Source: Phoronis australis (lineage: Eukaryota; Animalia; Phoronida). Taken from it: a stretch of DNA of 64,000 bases. Below, piece by piece: positions 49,601-62,693 of the stretch (its first letter is position 1; each line of letters begins with the position of its first letter). The DNA lies in contig NMRA01000401.1 of NCBI GenBank assembly GCA_002633005.1, forward strand, positions 207,827-271,826. Direction: 5' to 3'. The notes beneath the pieces are model-generated. The model did no database searches, had not been told where the DNA came from, and worked only from the letters and a program-made list of their open reading frames with translations. Position numbers and translations under genes: made by a program.

Positions 49601-51304
49601 ATAATACATTTCTTTACTACAGACAGCTAATAATGAAATATTGCTAAATATTCGGAAATGTTCTGATGATTCTGGGAATTGACCCCCGGCGGTTGGATAC
49701 TTCCGAGCTACATATCACGTCTCTTCTAATCATCTGCCGGATGTCTAAAATCGGATGACGTCATAGCGAAAGAATGGTTTTGTCCACTCCTGCATATACT
49801 TTACACGTAAACACGTTTTCAATTTATCAACACCGAAAAAGGATCTAGCGTTAGTTTTGCACGCTCGACTTTGCCCAGTTTGGATTTTTCAATATTCTGT
49901 TATCGTTGTGTTTACGTTTAAGGGATGTTCGTCATAAGAAAAGAGTGAAACGCGAATTATCCAATGGCCTTTGAGAATTGTTATCCACTGCTTCGAAAAC
50001 TAGGTCACTGTTAGTTATTTTCAGTTTCATTAAACTTTATTAACCTTTAAAACTAGCAAAGCTGTCGTTTTCACGAAGTAAATATAACTTTCCGACTGCT
50101 CTGCCGGTGTACACCATTAGACTAATGATTATCCATGCTTCCGTCGTACAGTACAACATTTAGACAGAAAAACACTATCGAACGTTCGTTTTAGAGCGAA
50201 AATCGAATTAGGCATTTAACTCTCATTAAATCGATCTGGTGCCGTGATAGGAACATCGACACCATCAGCGACTCAAGAATACGCTTCAAGTGAGTGTTTA
50301 TTGGGGTTATAATTAAAAATGACGCATGCACATTGCCTGTGCTTTGAGTTGGCAAGGAAAATAGAATCCTATCACTATAAAAACTATTACAAGATCAATT
50401 TTATGGGAGAAAAATCTTTAGTTCGGTTTTCATGTTTATTCTGTAACTATATATAATTGTATCTATTTAACGATAACCTGTGTTCTATGTGCTAATCGTG
50501 TGTCGTAAACCATTATTCTTCCGTAAGTTGTCACACCTCGCTCGACTTCACCGCCTACAACGTGCATTTTACACATTGTTTTATTTGCTGTTTGTTGTAC
50601 AAACAAGCCACAACTGTCATACAATCAGATTTCATTCTACGAGGCCAACAACTAAACACAAGACGTGCATTGCCATGAAAATGAAGGGTCCTCAACAAAG
50701 GTAAAAAAGGGATGTTATTTTTGGCATTTCATCGCCAACTCAATTGAAAAGAAATGATTCAAAATAAATATGTCTCTAGGTCTCTGATTGAAAATATTTT
50801 TGTATTTGTTGTCAAAATAGACTCGTGATTAATCTTTTCCTTTCACACACGTGCCAAACAGGTGTTCCGGTCCCTGTTATTATACCCATTCATCTTTATG
50901 ATCGATATGACTCGGTCAGCTTGGCTGACTGTGGCATGGTACACGCGTGTGTACACAAAGAATACTGAACTTTGTAATGAGATATTTATTGATATCGTTT
51001 ACGTACATGTTCGTCGAGAGCAATTGCTTTCCCAACGCAGGTAATCCCTCCGTAACAAATGCAAAATGACATTTGTTACCACAGCGAATTAGTTTTAGTG
51101 AAGGAAGGTAGATGTAAAATAGTCTGTAGTGATAAAAACAGGCACTTAGAATTTCAATTTCCAGTAGACTAAAGGCTGTAAAAAATTTAACAAGGCAGAC
51201 GATAAAAATTGTGAACATGATGGCGCTTCAAACATTATTTATTGCAAAATAGTCGTCCCTTTTCGCAAAAGAAATAGACAGTCCACTCTCGTCACAGACA
51301 AACT

Positions 51305-51903
51305 TCACCACGGCCTCCATAACGTAGTAGGAAATATTTGATCCTTGCCGGGAGAAATATTAGAATTATTGACTAACTTCACCGTAAATACACAATTAGA
51401 CGCCTGAGCTGGGTTGACATAGAGCGGCGTGCCGACGTTCATCTGTTGGTGCTGAAAATGTTTGTGTGTTATACGTGAACTATGAGACGGCGTTGTAGTG
51501 TCCCGACTAAACCCTGATGGCGTTGAAACTAAGATGGCGGCCACCTGCATTTGACCAGAGGGCGACCTGGCTGGAACAAGTTGATACGCCGCTGTTTGTG
51601 GTCCTTTACCGGTGTTGGCTGTTGAGGATTGTGGAGAGCCTGCTAATGACGTTAACTTGTCGTAAGGCATCCCACAAACAGTACTGTTAATAGCTGTGGT
51701 CACTGAGAGTGGCGTCTGAACATTGCCGTCGAAACCTTCAGGTAAAATGTTGCGCATATTTTCTCGCTGCGGACCTTTCTCTCGTGTTGAAAATTCATAC
51801 GATTGTGAACACCTTTTGACATTTGTCTCTAGGTCTTCTGACTTTCCTCCAGTCAAAACGTTCGTTTTACAAGCCGAAGTACCTTCGTTAATTCTTTGAG
51901 TAG
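51305..51903 (-). CDS. HES: HES exon 4 (terminal, WRPW)
   Basis: TTACAG acceptor, open frame to PTTLWRPW stop. Confidence 0.92.
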
Positions 51904-54900
51904 CTGTAAATAAAGACAGTGACCTGAATTACGAGCACACAAATGGTAAATTCTAGCCTAATTCATTCGTTTATTAAATAACAGATCCCGTCGCATCTTG
52001 CAGCCAACATTGGGCTCTCACTTTCAACTATTGTGACTAGCTGGTGTGTTTCGCAGTAAAACCACAATACATGACGTGTGCGCGCCACACAATGACAATG
52101 GTATTTGATATCCACGTACTGACCAGTTAACACGTTGCCTGTGGTTATTGACGATAGTAATTTGAAAAAGATCACTGTTTAGAACTGAAAATATTTTTAT
52201 ATGCGTTTCGAAATCATAAGTTTACCATGATTAAGATTTCTACTTTGGGCTCGGTGGAGACTCTTCAAGTAGTCGACAGTCATTTCCAGGATATCGGCTT
52301 TCTCGAGCTTCGAGCTGTTCATATTCTGTTCAAAGAAAATGTTCACTAATTAGGAAGTAATGGTAACCACATATGTACCTTGACCAATTGTAAAAGAAAT
52401 CGATTAGAGAATTTCGAGTCATAAACGAAAATTAACATTCACTGCTGACGCCATAAACAAGAGTTATTCTGCATAATATGGACAGCCTTTTGTTATCAAA
52501 GCGATATAATTCGTCTGAAATGTTTTTAAAGGTCAACAGAGGTATCTTTGTATCGGCAAAGATCACAGTGTCTTTCGTACCTCTTTTTTCAGTGCAAAGA
52601 GCACCATTTCCTTCAACTGCCCCAGGTAATCGTTAATCCGGGCCCGACGTTTTCGTTCCATAAGCGGTTTGTTGGCCTGTAGAAGAGAAGAATAGCAAAG
52701 AATGTGAACTACTCTCACCGTTACAAAAGTCGTCACCGTTGATTTACGATGTCAAACATTGTCCCAAACGTACTCAAACTTCATATGCCAATAACTGACT
52801 AAAGATTACTGGTTTAAATGTAAAAAGAGGTCACCAAAAATGATTCGAGTCTTTAAACTCAAATAGTGTTCATTAACACATGAAGAAATTAATCTGTCTT
52901 GGCACTTCCTTGACGTTTATGAGTTTTCAGTTTACGTTGCACGAAAAACTATCATTCTCTAAAACCGAGTCGTTTGTTTACTATATCTCGTGCGTGTACA
53001 CAGAACACGTGAGGGTTCACGCGCCAACTTTCACAGTAAGGTGCAACAATACAGTATGCTCGGACGCAGATTATCATAAACGGTAATCCCGTCGTTGAAA
53101 TGAGGTGTGAGTACATTTTTGGGACGCAATCTATGGCAGTTTGGAATTATTTCTGTGCAGTAGTAATTGTACTAAAATGACGCATGCCCGGATTAATAAA
53201 AAACGACGATGTTACAATGGTGTAGCCTACCACCAGAAGGCATTTCCTTAAAAAATATTGTAAATTATGGGATCTAAGAAATGTGATATGCTGATCACTA
53301 AGCAAAGAAAAGCAACAAAAAGAAGCTATTTTGAAAACGTAACATTTTGCTAGTTCTTACTTCGGTAACATCCAAGTTCGCTCCGGGGACAAATTATTTA
53401 TTAACCTCACAATACGCTCAAGGAACAATTTTCTTTGAAATGATTTAAATTGTTGAATTCATTGTATCAAATTTAGTTCACCAAGGAAGGTTTAGTTGAA
53501 AATTTATGACCCCAAGTACAAAAAAACATCAATGCGACTTTGGGTCGCCTGTAAAAATTACATGTTTATCAAAGTGCGTCCGTTCAAAATAATAACCTTC
53601 TAAACAAACCATGCAATTGTTCACGGCCATTAAAGTCTCGTCTTTACGGAGTAAATAAGAACAGCGTGTTATTATCGTGCCAACCAAACGTGCGTAGAAA
53701 ATTGAGTTGATACGCAGGGCAGAAAATAACGAGAAAATTATTAATTCCTTGACAACAATATTACAGCTGTTATTGAAACGTTGAGAGATGTACACTAATA
53801 GAAATACTCAGAACATGTCCTGGGTTTCGATATTTTGAAAGACTTTCCCACGCTAAAGAATTTGTAATTTCCCTCATTCGTGAATCGGATTTGCTTTCTT
53901 TCACCAAGTCTACGCAGGACGGGCTTTACATGTGCGCACGTGTTTTTACGCATAGATGTCATGTGCCAAATCATTGCCGTAAGAAAATCTGTGGCGAAAT
54001 TTTCTATCTATCTGTTTGTATTTTGACGGCTGAGGCGTGGAACCCACTCAAAGCCAAGTCTCTCAGTATTTTCATTGTACCGCACGTCCTTTGAATTGAA
54101 CACGAAATGATAGATATTCGCGATATGTGTGTACACTGATGTTGGAGCTTGTCATAACAGTGTCTACGCGTCGATGTTTTGGGGAACGTAGCGGGGGCGG
54201 ATCCAGGATTTTTAGTTGGGGGGGCAGGGCAGAGTATTAGCCAGNTGAAACGTTGAGAGATGTACACTAATAGAAATACTCAGAACATGTCCTGGGTTTC
54301 GATATTTTGAAAGACTTTCCCACGCTTAAGAATTTGTAATTTCCCTCATTCGTGAATCGGATTTGCTTTCTTTCACCAAGTCTACGCAGGACGGGCTTTA
54401 CACGTGCGCGCGTGTTTTTACGCATAGATGTCATGTGTCAAATCATTGCCGTAAGAAAATCTGTGGCGAAATTTTCTATCTATCTGTTTGTATTTTGACG
54501 GCTGAGGCGTGGAACCCACTCAAAGCCAAGTCTCTAAGTATTTTCATTGTACCGCACGTCCTTTGAATTGAACACGAAATGATAGATATTCGCGATATGT
54601 GTGTACACTGATGTTGGAGCTTGTCATAACAGTGTCTACGCGTCGATATTTTGGGGAACGTAGCAGGGGCGGATCCAGGATTTTTAGTTGGGGGGGCAGG
54701 GCAGAGTATTAGCCAGAATTTTGCCCGGCAGACATTCGCGCCCCCGAACTGTCAAATGGAATCTGGGAGGATTTTAGGGGGTCATGGCCGCCTTGGCCCC
54801 CCTCTAAATATGCCACTGAATAGGTTGTACTTTCGGTTGAAGTCTGTCATGGATTGGTGTTTACAGGACAAGTTAATTTCGCAGTAATTGGTGGATTTAA

Positions 54901-55860
54901 CGGTATGAACGGTTAACGTCGGTGTCATCGGAGTTATCAGCGGTGTCGCTGTCAATTGGCCTAACGGTGCTCGTTGTGGCGTTATTTGATTGTTTTCTTC
55001 AAATATTCACCATAACACCTCTATAAGCACTGCCTCTTTTTGTATTACACACACGTGCACATGTACACACATATATGTGAATTAAAATTATAAAGTGCGT
55101 AAAAGGAACCTCAAGAAGCGCCGTCCGAGTTCGACCTATTGAATAGGTGGGCGGTCATCAGACACGCGTTCCTGAGTATTGTACTGAACACGATTATTTA
55201 GGTCCAGTCTTTTAACAGAAACAATCTAGTTTCGTACAACAAAAGCCCTTTGATAAGCTGCCTACCGTAACGTTCCCTGAACAATTATTTCGCTTCCCGT
55301 AGATTTTCAGCGTGTTTACACAAGCGAAGATGAAATATTACGATTACCTTATAACCGTGTTATTTCTGATGTCTGTTTTGATTATTTTGTTTCGCTGAGA
55401 CACGGTTTCGAGTGAAAAGAAAATCTTTTCAAATCAAATACTGTTTGGATTACGAAATTGACAAATTGTTTCCTATAGAAATTTATGATCTGGAATAAAC
55501 GTTTTCATTGATAAGAACAAACTTGACAGGCTCTGTGCTTTTCCAAGTCGGCGTTCCTATGTGATTTAATGGGCTTCTAAAGCGAAACACAGAATGAAAT
55601 TAATCGATATCATTATCTGGTCTCGCAGTATCAAACATTTTAAGGCACCTGTACTCCGGTCCAGTATTTTAAAAATCACCAACAGGTAGATATATACATT
55701 AACACTCGTTCATACCTTGTAAAAACGGAAAATTTTTAGTTAAAGTTAAACCTTCCTTTTCGGTAAGCACAAATGGTTCTTCGAATATCTTAAGTCATAA
55801 ATAAAGGAAAAAACTTGTCAAATTACTTACTCTACGAGCACAGGAATTTGGTGACTTCAT
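51305..55860 (-). CDS. HES: Hairy/Enhancer-of-split (HES family) bHLH repressor with C-terminal WRPW, about 274 aa
   Basis: join 55831-55860,52581-52676,52226-52325,51305-51903. Basic/HLH region ANKPLMERKRRARINDYLGQLKEMV...SKLEKADILEMTVDYLKSL, C-terminal WRPW, canonical HES intron positions. Exon 1 is less certain. Confidence 0.9.
52226..52325 (-). CDS. HES: HES exon 3 (loop and helix 2)
   Basis: NMNSSKLEKADILEMTVDYLKSLHRAQSRNLNH. Confidence 0.93.
52581..52676 (-). CDS. HES: HES exon 2 (basic region and helix 1)
   Basis: 96-nt phase-0 exon ANKPLMERKRRARINDYLGQLKEMVLFALKKE. Confidence 0.93.
53774..54716. repeat. ~470-bp tandem duplication around a single N (likely assembly overlap)
   Basis: 53774-54244 is repeated at 54246-54716, with n at 54245. 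Confidence 0.78.
54664..54818. mobile_element. ~155-bp MITE; family members at ~13478-13565, ~47368-47520 and ~57951-58098 (inverted)
   Basis: TIR CAGGGGCGGATCCAG / CTAAATATGCCACTG; shared core GGGCAGAGTATTAGCCAGRATTTTGCCCG. Confidence 0.75.
55831..55860 (-). CDS. HES: HES probable exon 1
   Basis: MKSPNSCARR followed by a GTAAGT donor, phase 0; ends in basic residues just before the xxKP of the basic region; Inr-like and TATA-like motifs lie upstream. Confidence 0.6.
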
Positions 55861-56160
55861 TTCTCTTCGCACTGGTCTCGGCTAAAGGTGTCTAATACTG
55901 ATCTACTACAGCCGTGTGTATCGGAATTTAATCATCCCGTGTGCATTGCCTTCTAAGTTTACACAGGACACGTGGGACAACACAAAACAATGGACAGCAC
56001 GATCACCCAATGGAAAGCGACATCGCGAGTGAAGCATTTATTAGCGACAAATTCGATTGGATAATTGCATTATGAGGAGGCGTGGAAAATCCTTGAGGGG
56101 CACACGCCTTTGTTGGGTAGTTTCAATCAACGCACGTGTAACCGACTCGGCACGTGTAGA
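55861..56160 (-). promoter_or_regulatory. Putative HES core promoter
   Basis: Minus-strand TCAGT Inr-like motif at ~55897-55901, AT-rich GATTAAAT about 30 bp upstream, three CACGTG E-boxes (~55969, 56133, 56151). Confidence 0.45.
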
Positions 56161-57950
56161 TGCTTACAGTGATTTTGGAAAAGAACACGAAACACCGGGA
56201 CTCCGCAGATTGCACGTTCAGCGAGCCTAGTCGACTACTGACAGATGTTTCGACGTAAATCTACCCAAGCCAGATCCTTTCCAAAGTCGTATTTTTTCCG
56301 ATAAACTTTAAGTAACATGACCAGGGAATGCAAAACGAGCTGTGTTCCGTAGACCCAAAACAATAGAGAGAAAAGCTAGAAGTGTCGCCAGGTGCGTCTC
56401 TTAAAGTGCATGGTAATATTTTACGAAGACTTGCGCGTTTTTATGCGGGCGAGATTCTTGAGTCTACTGAACGGCCTCTCATAAGCATAACGTCACCGAT
56501 AGGATTGAACGGAAGACACAATCCGTGAAAGGTCACCCGGTGCTCACCACATTTATATGCTTTGCATATGAGCGAGTAAAGTCAACTTTGTGTTTTAATT
56601 ACCATTCGGCACATATACCTGAAGGAGTTTACAATTGAAGAAGGCTGATGGTTGTCTTTTGAGAACATGATTAATCCTCAAAAATAATTGGAGACTATTC
56701 TGAGAGTAACAAAAGGCAATGCTTAAAAATACCGATAATGACACTGGAACATATTTTCTCGTCCCATTCCGCGGAACTACAAAAATAACTAAATGCAATA
56801 CTTAAAAAATCTGCAAAATTTTGGACGCTGTATACATGGCACCCAAATTTGATTGCGCGCCGGATATGCTACCGTTTACGACGTTCAGAGAACATGAACG
56901 TCTACTGAGTGAAGAGATTGAATTTTATATGACAAGAATATTCATGGGTCGCGTAGAGCACTTCTGATTTTAGGTCAATGGTTTGGGGGCGAGATGTCGA
57001 CACAAAAAGAATAGATTAGACTAGAATATAACCAAAGAGAATAGAACAAAACGATGAGAATATAAAAGATTAGAATAGAATGGATTACAATAGAATAATT
57101 TTGGGTAAAAACTACCCAGCAGCGAAACTTATCATGTCACATGATCGAGTCCTTTTGACCAAAAATCTTGTTGCAAGTTTGAATGCCATTAGAAGGTTTT
57201 TATACAAATAGCACATTTGGGTTTTGATAGGTCTCAAATAACAAATAATCAAAATTAAAATTAAAGGATTATAGACTAAAAGACACTCTCTCAGACCCTT
57301 TCAAGGATTCAAATTGTTTGATGAATTTGTTGCATAAAAAGTTAACACACTAAGGCATTTTTATTTGGGTCTTAAATCTGAACAATTTCAATAGAGCTTG
57401 AAAATCGACAGAACAGGCAAAAATTCAACATCTGAATGCTGTTGGTTTAATTTCTGTTAGAAAAATAACAGCTCCATACACCATTGCAAGTATTTCGGAG
57501 TTAACATTCCATTTCCTTTCTAGTTCACGATATCTTGTATTTCATCTAAGCGTGTTCGTGTGAAATATTTCAGGTTGACAACTGTCGACATCCCTGATGT
57601 ATCACGTGTATTCCATCACACAAGTACCGTAAACGACGTGACAACTTGCGCATTGAATATCCACGACGCGGATGACTAGTTATGAAAACCAAGAATACTT
57701 CACACATCAAAACTGAAGAAAATCGTTGCATAAGTGAATAAATTCTTTTGCACAACTTGTCTGAACATTCTGCAAAGTTTGTGGTACAGGAAAACACGTA
57801 GCCGGTAAACCAACCGTTGGAGCTCAGTGTTGGTTAGGAAACCCACTTTCCGCAGCCTAAACTAATTTTTGAATTTGACAACTTTCCGTTATGAAACTGT
57901 CTCAAGTTATTCCTTGGAAAGAACTCACACTTCGTTATTGTTTGAGATAT

Positions 57951-58098
57951 TGTGGCAGATTTGGGGGATTTGGCAAGGGGGACATGCCCCCCCTAAAATT
58001 CTCCCATTTGGCAGTTTGGGGAGGCGAATGTCTGACGGTAAAATCCTGGCTGATACTCTGCCCTGCCCCTCTACCTCAAAATCCTGGATCCGCCCTTG
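57951..58098. mobile_element. MITE, inverted copy of the 54664-54818 family
   Basis: ...AAAATCCTGGCTGATACTCTGCCCTGCCCC...ATCCTGGATCCGCCCTTG. Confidence 0.72.
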
Positions 58099-60630
58099 GA
58101 ACTGTCAGTACTTTGTACTTGTCACGTGAATGAAGAACAAGTTTAGACTAATTTTATAGCGGTGAGTTGTCTAAATCAAAATTTAGTTGCTTCGACTGAA
58201 AGCGGGTTTATTTTCGCTTTAAATAATTGCAAGGAATTAACACATGTATCCTGCTGTTTTTTGTGCAAATTGTCTGTGAACGCACAGGCCACTTATCAAA
58301 TTATATTCGTTATCTTGTCTTTCCTCCAAGTCGTGGACAGTTAAAATTAGAGTGAAAATTAAATTACATTTTTTCTTGTGTTAAGCGGTCGTTTTTTTCA
58401 GCAATTTCGCATCACGCTCCGGTCAGTGATAACAATTCAGGCGCGACCATGCCAATGCCTGTCTCAACCGTTCAATCTGTTTGCGTGCAATTGCGACCTC
58501 TCTCGTGTCATTTGGCAGACAGATTTCCCCAAATGAGGACATTCGACGAGACGGATACAGTGTCACCGCACCATTTAAATAATCGCTGTTATTCTCTATG
58601 CAGACGCATAACTGGACTAGGTGTGAAAATAAGACCACATCAGGTAGGTTCCGTCCACAGTTGATCGAGAAGCTAGCGTTTGTCGAGCGACTGCATGACC
58701 CCTTGTCTAACCACGCGTCTCCTAGGGCAAGACTCCAACCAATAATTAAAAAATAAAAGACAATAGAGTTGAGAAAGACGATTACCTATCAGAAATATTA
58801 GCATTATTTCAAAGACCATTTCCTCTTGTAGCGTTTGTCCAGACATTGCACTGGCGGATCTAGGATGTCGCAAGGGACGGGGCAACCTCAAATTCGGGAC
58901 GAAGAATGTCCGCGTATTCCTTGAAAACATTATGCCGACGAAATGACGTTTCGCGATTTATCTGCATTGTCTTATATAGACAAGATAGTAAAAACTGTTT
59001 TTCCAAAAAAGCACCGTGATCAACATGAAAGCGTTTGCATGTCACTTTATTTTTCAATTGTCTTCTCTAATTTCTTTGAGGACAAAGCTATGAATGTTGA
59101 GCCCATCAGATTACTGTACATACGCATATTTTAACTAATAAACGATTACGAAAACATGAGAGATGGCCCACGGAACCAGGGAAAAAAGATTTTTGGTTAT
59201 TTTCATGTCGTTTCCAACTGCATTTAAGGGCTAAAGATTACAACATTTCATGGAAAACGGTTCCTTGCAGCTTCTGATTTTTATTGGACGGGTACATTTT
59301 CGTCTGCGACAAAAACGATAACGACGCCTTTATTGGAAACATGACTTACCACCAGGGACTAGTGATGTGAAACGAAAATACTTTTGAAAGCAGCTCGGGT
59401 CCTTTTTGGAAGGTTTTTTAAACGTACCAAAAGTGTTATTCGTTTAAAAACGAATAACACTGGGCGGAAATGTCGCCATCCCGGGTTACTATCATTTTCC
59501 CCGTGACGATTTTTCCTCAAACTAATGAAACCCAGCCGTAAATAGCGTAACTAATACACGTTTTAGCAGGTAAATAGTTTCTATTCATCTAAATTGAATG
59601 GTGCGTAGTAATAACGCAAGCCTTCTTTATTTTGCCAGTGTGCGACAAGTCATGATTAAATAGCGCACCTTTTTAATTTATTTCAGGTAAACAATCTTTC
59701 CGTTTTCTCGACTACAACACGTTACCTTTGTAGTACTCGGAGTCATCTCAATACTTACATGACTTTCAGGTTTGAGTCACCTTACGGCTTATTTTAGAAG
59801 TTGCTTCATTATAGTCCTGACAAAAGTTGTCAACAATAGAATTCAATTTAACGTTTGAAAATAGGATACTTCACGGGCCATAATTTTTAATACCGGCGTC
59901 AATATTCATTTTGCAAGTTCGCGAGACGCGTCTGTGGAAAATGTCATCGGACTTCAAAGTGCCAACATCTTTCATAACAACCGTAGAACCAGTAATCTGT
60001 CATTAAGGCATCATTATCCAGTGATTGGGGTCGAGACACAGTTAGACAGGTAACAATACAATTAGTTGTCATTTTCCAATATACATGTACAACATGGGTA
60101 TTATTATGCGACTGATAAGACAAGACTGCGAGGTGATACACCGAAAACAATAGCTAACGGTAGGCTAGCTGTGGGTAGCCGACAGACAGCGCCGGGAAAG
60201 ATTGGGTTGACGGCTTCGGAGACGGAAGTTGACGTTTGAGTGCCCCGCCCAGCAGACGTACACGTTCGCAAAACAGGGCGCGTTGAAACATTTTCTTATG
60301 GCACACAAAGCGCAAAATAACGGATGGTAAACGGGGGTATCAACTTTCTTGATTTTACATTGTATTGTTCTAGTAATCGGAGCCATAAATTATATTACCG
60401 CACTGTGAAGAAGTGTAACGCAATCCATATAAGAACGCAACGAAAATATGAAATTAATAATGCTGGCAGAGTTTGGCGAAAATCACTCTAAAATTTACGG
60501 AAAGCGTAACTTCGCTCAAGAAGTAAGTGGGTTACTTTTCGCATGCCTAAATAAAAAATCCGTGTCTCTTACGGAGAACGGTGTTTAGTTCGCACGAAAC
60601 TAACAGTTGGCGACTAAAGCTATTAATTAG

Positions 60631-60878
60631 CAGAGGCGGATCTACAGGGGGGGGGGGGGTTCNTCAGGGGGTTTAAACCCCCCCCTCGGGACAGGATCAA
60701 AAATAAAAACTGGAAAAAAATCGCCAGAAAAACGAAATTAGCTACTAAAAATCCCAAAAAATCTTACACGGGAGGAGGGAAACCCTCTCGCGACCTTCCT
60801 TCTAGTCCTCGGTGCTGCGCGCCTCGGATTCTCTCGAATCCTAAACCCCCCCTTACTGAAATCGTAGATCTGCCACTG
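60631..60878. mobile_element. MITE with a perfect 5-bp TSD ATTAG
   Basis: TIR CAGAGGCGGATCTAC / GTAGATCTGCCACTG, flanked by ATTAG on both sides. Confidence 0.82.
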
Positions 60879-60920
60879 ATTAGGTATTATTACCGCACTA
60901 CACAAACGATATTGACAGCC

Positions 60921-60977
60921 AATAATAACAATAATAATAACAATAATAATAATAATAATAATAATAATAGTCATAGT

Positions 60978-61017
<40 letters not shown>

Positions 61018-61020
61018 GTA

Positions 61021-61060
<40 letters not shown>
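60921..61060. repeat. (AAT)n microsatellite
   Basis: Direct observation; explains the poly-N and poly-I ORFs. Confidence 0.95.
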
Positions 61061-61061
<1 letters not shown>

Positions 61062-62570
61062 GTCTGGGTGCATATTAAAAACACTTGTAACCTTATAGAA
61101 TTTAACTGGGAATTAGTATAAATTCTCTAAAAGCAGAATTTGTTTTCTTTACATTACACCAATCTACCACTAATATTGGGTCGAGTGATCATCATCATTT
61201 CCTTTTATTAAAATTAAGCAAAAAAGGAAAGACAAATTTATATCGAAACAAAGGTATCAATTACATGGCCAATTGTTTTTGATATAAATGACTAAGACGA
61301 AACTACAAAACGTTTTTATAGTTTACTGAATTATTTCATTTTCATTTTCGTTGCAACTTTTGAAAAGTCCTATTTTCATAATACGATTTTGCAGAAGTGG
61401 AGCGTTTCAACCAAGAATTCCTGACATCGTTAGCACGAGAGGTGCGTAAAGCATCATCCGTGAAAGTTTCATTAAATCAGACCCGCCATTTCCGAATTAT
61501 TGCGCTTCAAAGTTAGTTAACCTCGGACGTTATTCAAGGGATAGCCACGATCTTAAAACACCTATTTTTGGCCAAAATTTATTTTAGGTATTTTCAATTT
61601 TCTGAATGACTGCGGTCGAAAGGGAGAGAATTAATACATGTCTAATGGATGATTGCAGCCATTGACGTTCAAATCACGTCACTTCACTTACCTGTATAAA
61701 ATAAACTTATAATGCATTAACTGTCATTTCCTAGTTAGTAACAATTATCCACTAAGAGCGTACTCCGTAATTTTGACTCCAAGCTGCGCGTCCAGTCAAA
61801 GTGGCCATCAGAAATTACCACACCGGCCAGAATTACCCAACCTGGCGTAATTAATGTCGCCTATAAATTCGCTTTACTGAAAACCCTTTCAAGAAAGGAT
61901 TCTCCCTGTAATTTTCTTTTTGCGACTGATACATTTCTGTCCTCGCCTTAGGAAACCTGAAGAGCGAGATTAGCCGTTTGGAAACTGTTTGTGGCGCATC
62001 CCAGGAAAGCATTGTTCGTCTGCAGTCATTTTGTCTATCGAATCATGACTGATTGTAAATACGAGCCCTGACGACCAATCCGCTTAGTATACAGCGGCTT
62101 GCTGTGCCTTACAAGTCGCCTTTACAAACTAATTGTGGGAAATAAAGCAAAAATACACTACCGCTATCGGTAACGGTAATCCTCCGAAGCCACGGGGCAG
62201 ATTACAAATCCTAAGAGAGTTTAATGCGTGTAATCGGCTCCACAAGAGAACAGCAAGTAAAACATTTGTTCAATTTAAAGTCTAAGTCTTCCGTAACACA
62301 ATAAATTTAGCGGGTAATTTGCTCATTGACGTTGTCGTCTCGCGTTCAGTTTGTTCACTGTTTCTACTGGCACGTGCTTCAAGTAACAATAACATAGTTT
62401 TGAGGATTTATAGTGTATATATCCTCAGGCGAAATACACGAGTCATGCCGTACAACGTCCTCATGAGTGCAAAAGAAACAGACACAGTGAATTAAGTGAC
62501 AAACATGTTTCAGAATACCCACATCGAAAATGCTTATATCAACATACACCCGTAAGGAGGTAGAAAAATT

Positions 62571-62693
62571 CATGGGCGGCACACCATAGTGGAATGGGAG
62601 GGCTATAAACTCCCCACACTTCAGCGCTCCGCCACCCATGGGGACTGGGGGAGGGGCTATAGCCCCACTTATTTCAGTGCTGCGCCGCCCGTG
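62571..62693. mobile_element. ~123-bp MITE with an imperfect 5-bp TSD (AAATT/ACATT)
   Basis: TIR CATGGGCGGC / GCCGCCCGTG. Confidence 0.6.

Noticed and set aside
55640-56404. TTAA-flanked element (TTAAGGCACCTG ... CAGGTGCGTCTCTTAA) spanning HES exon 1
   Set aside because: Only ~7 bp of inverted match, compatible with chance; if real it would weaken the exon 1 call
60738-61121. Poly-Ile and poly-Asn ORFs
   Set aside because: Translations of an (AAT)n microsatellite
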